DNA of 63,898 bases, counting the filler, from Intoshia linei (lineage: Eukaryota; Animalia; Orthonectida): NCBI GenBank assembly GCA_001642005.1. It is 8 parts of 8 records of this genome, joined end to end, with 100 filler letters (N's around TTAATTAATTAA, not from the genome) between each part and the next. Parts side by side here need not be neighbours in the genome. Positions count along the whole stretch, not along the records: positions 42,020 to 53,165 come from LWCA01001207.1; positions 53,266 to 55,539 come from LWCA01002418.1; positions 55,640 to 57,863 come from LWCA01002364.1; positions 57,964 to 62,162 come from LWCA01001971.1; positions 62,263 to 63,898 come from LWCA01002542.1; 3 more parts are not named here. The stretch is one strand, 5' to 3'. Position 1 is the first letter of the stretch. Each line of letters starts with the position of its first letter. This document shows, one piece after another, positions 52,374-63,898 of the stretch. The position numbers and the translations under genes were made by a program. Below the pieces are notes generated by a model, which was given only the letters and a program-made list of their open reading frames with translations, was not told where the DNA came from and searched no databases.

Positions 52374-53265
52374 GTATATTTTAAATATAGTATGTTGTCA
52401 CATGGTGCCTTTTGTAAGTTAAGCGGGTCAGGTGATTTAAACGTTTTTACTCAAAAGTCAAAAAAAATTGAAAAAAAGACACTCTTTTATACATAATGTC
52501 CTATAGCTATACTATAGTAGTTAACTCTAAATGTGGCACATTGGTGTCTTGCGGCACTAGGAAAATATAATATAAAAATAACAAAATAAAAAATTTTCAT
52601 TTTAGAAATATATCCAATCAATGTTGTCAAATAATTTAAATTGTGGAAGTTATTTCTTTTACATGATGTTATCTAGAATAATGATCAAAATTGATGAAAA
52701 TATTGGTAGAATATCTTCTGCTGCGTACTTGACAGGTATTATTAATTTATTGCACTGCCAGTGATTCCCGACTGGGGCTCCGTGAGATTCTAATAAAATA
52801 CAAAAAAATTTTTATCAACTTTTTTTTTTTATAGGAAAATTTTTAATATTTATTACAGTTTCCAGATCTAGGGAATTTATCCTTATTTAATCTTGCATTT
52901 AATAAAATAATTAGTTAAAAATTAATTATTAATTAATTAATGTTTTTTCTAAACGAGTTAAATTACATAATTGATATTTTTATTATCAACAAAAAGGTTA
53001 GATATAAGACATAATTTCATCTTGTTAATACTTATTAAGTTAAGCTAATAATTAACGCTCATTGAATTTATATCACAATCATTTAATAATGAAATTAATT
53101 TTGTGTTTTAAACTTTTTTAAGGTATACAAATTATGTATTTTAATATATAAATTATCATAGAGTTNNNNNNNNNNNNNNNNNNNNNNNNNNNNNNNNNNN
53201 NNNNNNNNNTTAATTAATTAANNNNNNNNNNNNNNNNNNNNNNNNNNNNNNNNNNNNNNNNNNNN

Positions 53266-56200
53266 AAGTTAAATCGTAAATAATTTATGTGTTATATAAT
53301 AATGTGTATTATAATTAAAGTGTATATTAATTTATTGTCACATTATTTAAATAATGTTTTATATTTTTTACATACTAGTAAAATTTTATAAGTTTCATAA
53401 TTTAATAAAAGTTAAATCGTAAATAATTTATGTGTTATATAATAATGTGTATTATACTTAAATTTTATATTAAATTTGTGTCACATATTATTTAAATAAT
53501 TTTTTATATTTTTTACGTTATATTAAAATGTTATATTAATCATAATTTAATTAAAATTAAATCGTAAATGACTTATGTGTTATATAATAATTTTATTATA
53601 GTTAAATGGTATATTAAATTAGTGTCACATTATAATAATAATTTATTATAATTTTTACTTACTATTAAAATGTAATATTAGATATAATTTTATAAAAATT
53701 AAATCGTAAATGACTTATGTGTTATATAATAAGGTGTATTATAGTTAAATTGTATATTAAATTTGTGTCACATTATTTAAATAATTTTTNTGTAATTTAA
53801 ATTGTCAATAATTTATGTATTATATTATAATATGTATTATAGTTAAATTTATTTTAAGTTTTATATTTTATATCAAATTTGTGTCACCTATTATTTAAAC
53901 AATATTGTTAATTTTTTACGTTTTATTCAAATGTAATATTACTTATAATTTGATAAAAGTTATATCGTAAATGATTTATGTGTTATATAATAATGTGTAT
54001 TATATTTAAATTGTATATTAAATTTGTGTCTCATTATTTAAATAATTTTTTATATTTTTTACTTACTATTATAATGTATTATTACTTATAATTTCATAAA
54101 AGTTAAATCGTAAATGATTTATGTAATATATAATAATGTGTATTATAGTTAAATTTTATATTAAATTTGTGTCACATTATTTAAATAATTGTTTATATTT
54201 TTTACGTTGTATTAAAATGTAAATATTACTTATAGTTTGATAAAAATTAAATCGTAAATGATTTATGTGTTATATAATAATGTGTATTATAAATAAAATT
54301 TATATTAAATTTGTGTCACATATTATTTAAAAAATATTTTATATTTTTTACGTTCTATTAAAATGTTTAATTATTTATAATTTAATAAAAGTTAAATCGT
54401 AAATAATTTATTTGTTATATAATAATGTGTATTATAGTTAAATTGTATAATAAATTTGTGTCATTATATTTAAATAATTTTTTTTATTTTTTACTTACTA
54501 TTAAAATGTAATATTAATTATAATTTGATAAAATTAAATCGTAAATGATTTATGTGTTATATATTAATGTGTATTTCAGTTAAATGCTATATTAAATTTG
54601 TGTCACATTATTATAATAATTTTGTATATTTTTTACTTACTATTAAAATGTAAAATTACTCATAATTTGATAAAAATTAAATTGTAAATTATTTATGTGT
54701 TATTTAAAAATGTGTATTATAGTTAAATTTTATATTAAATGAGTGTCACATTATTTAAATAATTTTTTATATTTTTTACTTTCTATTAAAATGTTATATA
54801 CTTATAATTTAATGTAATTTAAATTGTCAATGATTTATGTTTTATAATATAATATGTATTATCATTAAATTTATTTTGTTTTATNTATATAATAATGTGT
54901 ATTATAGTTAAATTGTATATTAAATTTGTGTCACATTATTTAAATAATTGTTTATATTTTTTACTATGTATTAAAATGTTATATTATTCATAATTTGATA
55001 AAAGTTAAATCGTAAATGATTTATGTGTTATATAATAATGTTTATTATAATTAAATTGTATATGAAATTTGTGTCACATTATTTAAATAATTTTTTATAT
55101 TTTTTACATACTATTAAAATGTAATATTACTTATAATTTGATAAAAATTAAATCGTAATTGATTTATGTGTTATATTATGATATGTATCATAATTAAATT
55201 ATATATGAAATTTATGTTACATTATTTAAATAATTTTTGATATTTATTACCATTTATTAATAAGTAATAATATATATTGATTGATAAAATTTAAATCGTA
55301 AATGATTTATGTGTTATATTATGATATGTATCATAATTAAATTATATATCTAATTTATGTCACATTATTTAAATAATTTTTTATAATTTTTACTTCCTAT
55401 TAAAATGTTACATTATTCATAATTTGATGCAAGTTAAATCGTAAATTATTTATGTGTCATATAATAATGTGTATTATAGTTAAACTGTATATTAAATTTG
55501 TGTCACATTATTTAAATAATTTTTTATATTTTTCACTTANNNNNNNNNNNNNNNNNNNNNNNNNNNNNNNNNNNNNNNNNNNNTTAATTAATTAANNNNN
55601 NNNNNNNNNNNNNNNNNNNNNNNNNNNNNNNNNNNNNNNTGATATGTATTATAGTTAAATTTTATATCAAATTTGTGTCACATATTATTTAAACAATTTT
55701 GTATATTTGATATTATCTATTAAATTGTAACATTATATATAATTTGATAAAATTTAAATCGTAAATGATTTATGTGCTATATTATTATATCTATTATAGT
55801 TAAATTTTATATCAAATTTGTGTTACATTATTTAAATAATGTTGTATATTTCTAACCTTCTATTAAAATGTAATATTACATATAATTTAATGAAATTCAA
55901 ATCGTAAATAATTTATGTGTTATATTATATGTATTATAGTTAAATTTGATATCAAATTTGTGTCACATATTATTTATATAATTTTTTATATTTCTTACTT
56001 GCTATTAAAATGTAATATTACTTATAATTTGATGACATTTAAATCGTAAATGATTTTTTATATTATAATATGTATTATAATTAAATTAAATATTAAATTT
56101 GTGTCACATTATTAAAATAATTTTTTATATTTTTTACCTGCTATTAAAATGAAATAAAACTTATAATTTGATGAAATTAAATTGTAAATGTTATAGGTGT

Positions 56201-57863
56201 TATATTATAATGTGTATTATAGTTAAATTTTATATTAATATGGTGTCACATATGATTTAAATCATATTTTATAATTTTTACGTTCTATTAAACAGTAATA
56301 TTACTTATACTTGGATGAACTTTAAATTTTAAATGATTTATGTTATATTATAATGTGTATTATAGTTAAATTTATATTAATATTGTGTCACATTATTTAA
56401 ATAATTTTTGGTAATTTTTACTAACTATTAAACAGTAATATTACTTATAATTTGATAAAATGTAAATCGTAAATGATTTTTTACATTATAATATGTATTA
56501 TAGTTGAATTTTATATTAAATTTGTGTCACATATTTAAACAATATTTTATATTTTTTACGTGCTATTATAATGTAATATTACTTATAATTTCATAAAATT
56601 TCAATTATATTTAAAATATGTATTATATTATGATGTGTATTATAGTTAAATTTAATATTATATTTGTGTCACATTATTTAAATAATTGTTGATAATTTTT
56701 ACGAACTATTAAACAGTAATTTAACTTATAAGATAATAAAATTTAAATCGTAAATGAGTTATGTAATATATTATAATATGAATTATAATTAAATTTGCTA
56801 TCAAATTTGTGTCATATTATATAAATAATTTTTTATATTTCTTACGTTTTATTTAACGTTAATATTACTTATAATTTGATGAAATTTAAATTATTAATGA
56901 AATATGTATTATAATATGATGTGTACTATAGTTAAATTTTATATTAAATTTGTGTCACATTATTTAAATAAATTTATATATTTTTTACATTCTATTAAAC
57001 CGTAATTTTATTTATAATTTAATAAAATTTAAATTGTAAATAATTTGTTATATTATGACAAGAATTATAGTTAAATTTTCCATCAAATTTGTGTCACATT
57101 ATTTAAATAGTTTTTTATATTTCTTACGTTTTTTTTAACAGTAATATTACTTTTAATTTAATGAAATTTAAATTATTAATGAAATATGTATTATATTATG
57201 ATGTGTATTATAGTTAAATTTGATATTAAATTGGTGTCACATTATTTAAACAATTTTTTATATTTTTTACCATCTTTAAAAATCTAATATGATTTGTAAT
57301 TTAATAAAATTTTAATCGTAAATAATTTGTTTATATATTAAAATATGTATTATTGTTAAATTTTATATTAAATTTATGTAACATTACTCAAATAACTTTT
57401 TAATATTTCTTACCATCTTTAAAAATGTAATATAACTTGTAATTTAAAAAATTTAAATCGTATATAATTTATGTTATATTTTAATATGAATTATAGTTAA
57501 ATTTTCTATCAAATTTGTGTCACATTATTTAAATAGTTTTTTATATTTTTTACGTTTTATTTAACAGTCATATTACTTATACTTTGATGAAACTTAAATT
57601 ATATATGAAATATGTGTCATAATATAATGTGTATTATAGTTGAATTTTATATACAATTTGTGTCACATTATTTAAATAATTTTTGATAATTTTTACAAAC
57701 TATTAAACAGTAATTAAACTAAAAATATAATAAAATGTAAATCGTAAATAAGTTATGTAATATATTATGATATGAATTGTCGTTAAATTTTCTATTAAAT
57801 TTGTGTCACATTATTTAAATAATATTTTATATTTTTTACGTGCTATTAAAATGTAATATTATT
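53266..57863. repeat. AT-rich tandem satellite, ~143-bp monomer, about 30 copies over two contigs
   Basis: Recurring AAATCGTAAATGATTTATGTGTTATATAATAATGTGTATTATAGTTAAATT..TATTAAATTTGTGTCACATTATTTAAATAATT; the GTGTCACA anchor recurs every ~142-144 bp. Confidence 0.97.
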
Positions 57864-57963
57864 NNNNNNNNNNNNNNNNNNNNNNNNNNNNNNNNNNNNN
57901 NNNNNNNTTAATTAATTAANNNNNNNNNNNNNNNNNNNNNNNNNNNNNNNNNNNNNNNNNNNN

Positions 57964-58103
57964 ATTATACGTCCCGGAAAAAACTGTAATTGAAATGTGG
58001 TCTTTAAAAAATTCAAAGAGTGGTAGTTATTTCAATAAAGTGAACACACACACATAGACAGACACACAAAAAAAAATCGCGTAGCCTTTTATATAAATTA
58101 GGA
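57964..58103 (-). mobile_element. Helitron 5' fragment
   Basis: Reverse complement TCCTAATTTATATAAAAGGCTACGCGATTTT...GTGTCTGTCT...CCGGGACGTATAAT. Confidence 0.8.
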
Positions 58104-58109
58104 TTTAGT

Positions 58110-58700
58110 TAAAAATGTATGTCTGTTTATTTAGGAAAGTTATAGGAGCCAAGTTTTACAAATTCCATATTTCTATAACAGTTTTGGGAGGGTTGTGTTA
58201 TAGCGCAAATGTGATTTGGCGAAATTGTGTCCTTAAATGTCAAAAACCCTAATTGTCCTTTTTTTTTAAAAATTAAAAAAGTCGTAGAATTGTATACAAC
58301 ATAAATTGTGGAATAGTTTTTAAAATAATAAGCATTATTACATTACATTATTAATACATGGGAATCTTAAAAAGTGCATTTTCATGACGAAAACTTCAGA
58401 TTGCCTTTTTTTAAAAATGAAACTAGTCCTACAATTTAAAAAAAATTACGGATGATACAGTTGTATCCAGTGAACACACACCGAAAATTGGAATCTGACA
58501 AATTTACGCCTTCACGGTCAAAAAAGCACTTTAGTTTTCAATTTTTTTATTAAGAAACTATTTTATTAAAATAAAAAATTTGAAATAATTAACTGTCATA
58601 CACTTAAAAAAAAGATTAATCTGATACAGGTTAACCCAGTTGATATAAATACAAAATTTTAATTCGAAAATCTACGCATTTCCGATCAAAATTATTTTTA
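58110..58700 (+). mobile_element. Diverged Helitron family copy in a dynein intron
   Basis: Shares CAAAAACCC..ATTGTCCTTTTT, CGCCTTCACGGTCAAAAAAGCACTTTAG and CCAGTTGATATAAATACAA blocks. Confidence 0.7.
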
Positions 58701-58810
58701 ATATATATTATCATATATACTAAAGCTACGAGAAGTACGTTTTTTAGGCAACACCGATAAACGTACTAAAAACGTACTATTATATTTAATTTAATTTATG
58801 TATTTTTAGG

Positions 58811-61380
58811 TCCATGCTTGTTTTCTGCTTGTGTATTGAGCGAGTCTTCATGCAAAAAATTTGGAAATTTGTTGAATCTTGTCAAAGTATCTGATTACAA
58901 AAATATAATCCAACAATGCTTGAAGCGTTACGGTAATATATTTTACAATAAAAAAAACTAAAATTTAAATATAGAACGGGAAATATCTCCATTAAATTTA
59001 TTCGATATTGAAGAAACTGTAAAAATATTTAATTTACTAGAAAATATATTATATTCAAACATGTTTGGTTCAATAATAATATTAAATCGATCTGGAACAA
59101 TTCAAATGGAAGTATTAAAACTTGCGACTTATGCATTTCAGTTAAAATTATTAAACATATCTGTTGGTCGAAATTACAACGAAAAGGTATTCTGCTCTGA
59201 TATTAAACAAGCAATCCATATGGCATGCGTTGAAGATGAAAAGGTATTATTACTAATAGAACAAGACAATTTAATTAACTCCAAAATACTACCGAAACTG
59301 GACGGAATATTTGGTGCATCCTCAAATATAATTAACTTGTTTAACAACAAAAATGAAATGTCAACATTTTTACAAAATATAATTGATTCAACGGACAACA
59401 TGATTGATCATAATACGATATTTCCATACATTCAACAAAAAATTGATAAAAATTTAAAATTTTTATTTATATTGGATTTACAAAATTCAAATGTAAAATA
59501 TAATTTGTCATCTAGTCCTTCCATTTGTTTAAAGAGTTGCTATTATGTTGTTGAAAATTTAAGCGATTCAAGTCGAAAAAATTTAATTAGACAAATGGTA
59601 GATGAACAAGTGTACACGAATTCGAAAAAATTAATAAAAAGTTTATCAAATGTGTTAGTTGAAATTGACAATCAAACACAACATTACAATTGCAAGGTTC
59701 ATCCCAATTTACAATGTGTTTTGAATAATAAGTGTGTAATGCCAAATAAATTTATTTCATTTATTAAGACATTTAACAAATGTTTTAATAAAATGAGAAA
59801 ATATATAGACGAAAAATTTATGTATTTAAACAATGGAGTTAAAAAATTGGATGAAACAACAACTAGAGTTTCACAATTGGAAGAAGAATCTGCAAAAAAG
59901 GCAGAAATCCTTAAACAAAGTCAAATGGCTGCAGATAAATCATTGGTAGATATCAAAAATACAATACAAAATGCAAGCGATCATAAAAAAGAAATGCAGT
60001 CGTTGCAGGAACAAGCTAAAGTCGAAGGAAATAATCTTTCCGATCAAACTTTGGAAATTAAAAAACAAATGGCTGAAATTAAACCACAGCTTGAAATGGC
60101 TGAAAAATCGGTATCAAATATTAAATCTGAAACGTTGGGGGAAATTAGAGCTTTACGAGTACCGCCTGAAATTATTCGAGACATTTTAGAAGGCGTTTTG
60201 AGACTCATGGGTATATTTGATACTTCATGGCAGAGTATGAAAACCTTTCTAGGCAAACGAAGCGTAAAGGAAGAAATTTTAAATTTTGACGCTCGTAAGA
60301 TTAATTCCAATATTCGTAAAAGTGTCGAGAAATTGATTAAGGAAAAACATTCTTCATTTGATTTAAAAAATGCGCGTAGAGCTTCTCAAGCGGTTGAGCC
60401 GTTAGCTGCATGGGTTATAGCCAATGTTAAATATTCAGCAATTCTTGAAAAAATTATGCCGCTAGAAACTGAAAAATTTAATCTTGAAAGAAGTGTTGGG
60501 GCAGTCAAAAGTCGAATTACTCGTTTAGAGGCTGATTTATCAGCGGTAGAAGAAACTGTATCCAATTTAAATGAGACTTTTAAAGTCAAAACTACTAAAG
60601 CAATGCAGTTGGAAATTGAATTGGATCAATACAAGGCTAAAATTGATTCGGCTGGGAAATTGGTATCAAAATTGGGAAATGAATACAAGAGATGGAAGCA
60701 ACAAGTAATTAATAATATATACATGTAGTAATTTCTTATATTTTATTTAGTTGATCATATTGCAAGAAGATAAACAGACCATAACTATAAAATCCATTCT
60801 TGTAGCCGCTTTAGCGACTTACACTGGAATATATGACGGCTTAGCTAGAGAAAATTACAAAAAAATTTGGGATAACATTATTAAAAATCATTTAATTGAC
60901 GAATCAACCAAGATTGATAGTTTTAGTTTTATAAAAAATTTATTTTATAATGATAACGAAATATTGGAATGGCATTTACAAGGCTTAAATTCAGATGATT
61001 TGAGTTTACATAATGCTCTAATTATTAAAGAAGTAATTAAAATTTTAATTTAATTTGGATTGACGTCAATTACTAATAATAAACATGTCATGATAATTTT
61101 TGATTTAGACATGTACTGTTCCCTTAATTATTGATCCGACTGGAAATGCTATCAATTGGATATGCAGTCATTACACCAATATGAACGAAAAAAATACAAA
61201 GATTGTGGATTTTTCGGTAAATATTTTACATATTTTTGTAATAGTAAAAAATTTAGGACAATAATTTTCCTTCATCGTTTGAAATGTCTGTAAGACTCGG
61301 AAAAACATTAATTGTCAATAATGTTTCCAAAATTGAACCATTTTTAATGCCCATTTTAAAAAATGACATTATATACAGAG
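58811..61380 (+). CDS. DYNC2H1: Cytoplasmic dynein-2 heavy chain (IFT dynein), internal part: AAA4, stalk/MTBD, AAA5
   Basis: Exons 58811-58932, 58975-60704, 60751-61032, 61109-61216, ~61258-61380; EIRALRVPPEIIRDILEGVLRLMGIFDTSWQSMKTFL...FDAR...PLAAWVIANVKYS is the dynein-2 MTBD; W..QGL.SDDLSLHNA and PLIIDPTG (AAA5). Confidence 0.95.
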
Positions 61381-61559
61381 GTAATATACAAATATAAATG
61401 TCTAGTGAATAAAGCAAAAATTTCTGAAAATTAGTGTTAATGATTACACCAGTGGTTCTTGACCTTTTTTACTTCAGGGTGCACTTTATTACTTGTGAAA
61501 TAAATAAAAATTTGGCGCACATTAAATTTTGTTAAGAAAAAAACATCGATGTTTAAAAA

Positions 61560-62162
61560 TGTGCAAAGATTAAATTTGAGTCCTTCAAAGTCAAAAATAT
61601 AATTGCCCCTTTTTTTTAAAAAAATCAGTCCAAAAATTTAATAAAAGATACATTTTGGGAGGACTTTTAAAATCATTAACATTGTCGTAAATGTCAGCTT
61701 CAGAAACGCATACCTGCATGGTCAAAACCACAAATTACTCTTTGTTTTAAAAACTAAACATGTTACAAAATTTTATAAAACATAAATTCTGGAATATTTT
61801 TTTAAAATCATAAGAATTATAATAAATGGGAACCTCAAAAAGTGCATTTTCATGACCATTACCCCAGATTGCTCTTTTTTTAAAAAATAAAAATAGTCCT
61901 AGAATTTAAAAAAAAATACAGCTGATACAGTTATATTAAGTGAACACTCACAAAAAATTTCAATCTGACAAAGTGACGCTTTCACGATCAAAAAAGCACT
62001 TTAGTATTAAATTTTTTTTATTTCGAAATTATTTTATTAAAATAAAAAATTTGAAATAATTAACGGTCCTACAACTATTTATTAATATATTATTTTGATA
62101 AAGCTTATTCCAGTTGATATAAATACAAAATTTCAATTTCAGAAATTTACGCATTCTTAGTT
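61560..62162 (+). mobile_element. Helitron family copy (3628-type) in a dynein intron
   Basis: Colinear with 3760-4010 and 58320-58680. Confidence 0.7.
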
Positions 62163-62262
62163 NNNNNNNNNNNNNNNNNNNNNNNNNNNNNNNNNNNNNN
62201 NNNNNNTTAATTAATTAANNNNNNNNNNNNNNNNNNNNNNNNNNNNNNNNNNNNNNNNNNNN

Positions 62263-63650
62263 TATTATCGACGGCTACACTTTCTAGCATTCCGGAATAA
62301 TGATCTATCATATTTACAAGATATTTATTTCCATTTTTTGAAATGGGTAGTGGTCCCATAATATCTATTTTCCACAGGTCGTTAAATTTTGATGAAATAA
62401 CAGGTTTCAATGGCTTTGCGTGCATGATTTCGGTGTTTTGATTTGTTACACCTATCGCATCTCTCGTTTAAATATTCTCGTAAATCTCTACTCAGATAAG
62501 GCCAGTTATACCGTTTTTTATCATTTGAGATAATTTAGAAAGACCGGGATGGCAATATAGTTTAGAATTATGATAGTATTCGATTATGGTATTTGTCATA
62601 GAACTAGGTACTATCAATCTGGATACACCATTAATTACCTGATAAATTACATTGTTTTTTGCTATCAAGGTTTTACGCAAATTGTAATATTTATCGTTTT
62701 TTCTTAATGGACTTTTATTTATTAATTTATTATGTCTGTTTACATTCCAAATCATTAAATTGTGTCGTTTTAATGTCGAATAGTTTACTTTGTATCTCGA
62801 GTTTATTGACTGCGTTATTTATCTCTGATGGTATTCTTGATAACAAATCTGCAGTATAATTTAGAGAACCAGGTCGATAATTAATATCCAATTCATAAGA
62901 TTGTAACTTTTCCAGCCATCGATATTCCTGGTGTGGTAGATTATTTGCATTTTTAATAAAAGTAAGTGGGTTATAATCAGTAATGATAGACATTTTTTTC
63001 CAGATACATAATATTTCCATTTTTGTACCGCCCAATAAATTGCAAGAAATTCCTTTTTGAACATACAGTATCTTTTTTCCGTATGTGTAAACGATTTACT
63101 GGTATATTCCACGACTCTTTGATTGAAAAAGGACTGCACCTATTCCCTGCTCTGATGCATCCGTTTCTATCATGAATTCGCTTTTGCAATCTCCGATTTT
63201 TATTACTGGTGGATTAGTTAAAGCCTTTTTCAATTGTAGAATTGCTAAATCGTGCTTTTCTAACCATACGATTTTAGATTTTTTTTGTAGTAATTCGTTT
63301 AAATCTATGATTAGTTTTGCATAGTTTTTAATAAATTTCCGGTAGTATCCACACATACCATTAAAAAATCTTAATTTTTTTAAATTTGTAGGAGTTGGAA
63401 TTTTAAGCAATTTCGAAATTTTTGATTTGTCTACGTGTATGCCATCTGCATTTACCACATATCCGAGTACATTTATCTGATTCTGCCCTAATTTACATTT
63501 GTTTGGGTTGAGAGTAAAGCCGGCTGCTTCGATGCGACTCAAAACAGTTTCCATGTGTTTTTGGTGTTCGGGTATTGATTTAGAAGCAATAATAATGTCA
63601 TCCAGACTATCACATATACACACTCAGGTAAATATAGGACTTGTGGAAAT
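62263..63650 (-). mobile_element. Ty3/gypsy pol remnant (RT C-terminus, RNase H, integrase N-terminus), frameshifted
   Basis: LDDIIIAS, LNPNKC, FNGMCGYYRKFI, ETDASEQGIGAVL, EFLAIYWAVQKW, YRPGSLNYTADLLSR, HPG, WKIDIMGPLP spread across several frames. Confidence 0.92.
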
Positions 63651-63898
63651 AAATTTATATTTGCAAATCAGTTATGGTCAAATTTAAATTATATTATAGT
63701 TATGCTGCACAGTGTTGTCACGTAATATTTTCCTCTACAATTACAAAAGAAAATTTTGACGAATTTTGCACTTGTAAGTACTTAAACGAGTTTAACTGTA
63801 TATCATCTTCAATTAACATTAATTGTTTTTAAAATTGTTTACAAAAATGTTAACAAAATAAAATTAAGGTGGAATAATTCACTTTAAATTAAAAGGTA

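Noticed and set aside
53266-57863. Regularly spaced conserved boxes that could be read as a CRISPR array
   Set aside because: The sequence between boxes is also repeated, so there are no unique spacers; it is a tandem satellite in a eukaryote.
59174-60589. ORFs overlapping the dynein exon (59174, 59971, 60044, 60386)
   Set aside because: Shadow ORFs with no independent coding signal.
51472-61380. Rotatin and dynein-2 as a ciliary gene cluster
   Set aside because: Separated by three gaps and a satellite, and both genes are incomplete, so the linkage may be a scaffolding product.

Overview
Very AT-rich eukaryotic (metazoan) genomic scaffold, not prokaryotic. It has GT-AG spliceosomal introns, many only about 35-60 nt, and strongly diverged but recognisable animal genes. 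This style fits a compact, fast-evolving ciliated invertebrate such as an orthonectid-type parasite (inference only). Seven 100-nt N-gaps carrying an artificial TTAATTAATTAA spacer split the window into contigs. Genes reconstructed by manual splicing: a complete HUWE1 HECT E3 ligase (minus strand, about 4582 aa, with one 12-kb exon), a partial exportin-7, a complete 3-exon endosulfine/ARPP19, the 5' part of rotatin, a partial cytoplasmic dynein-2 heavy chain, an uncharacterised multi-exon gene (1.2-7.6 kb), and two tandem genes or pseudogenes ending in an RFC1-type BRCT domain with no AAA+ module. An accessory island at 12-16.4 kb holds intronless orphan membrane-protein genes, one cut exactly at a Ty3/gypsy LTR end. 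Repeats: three decayed gypsy elements, pogo and mariner relics, hAT/piggyBac/Tc1-type MITEs, an abundant non-autonomous Helitron family and a ~143-bp tandem satellite. Best candidates for something undescribed: the orphan multi-TM family, the stand-alone RFC1-BRCT paralogs, a helix-rich putative ncRNA at about 600-1216, and the satellite with higher-order structure. All homology calls come from recalled motifs, not database searches.
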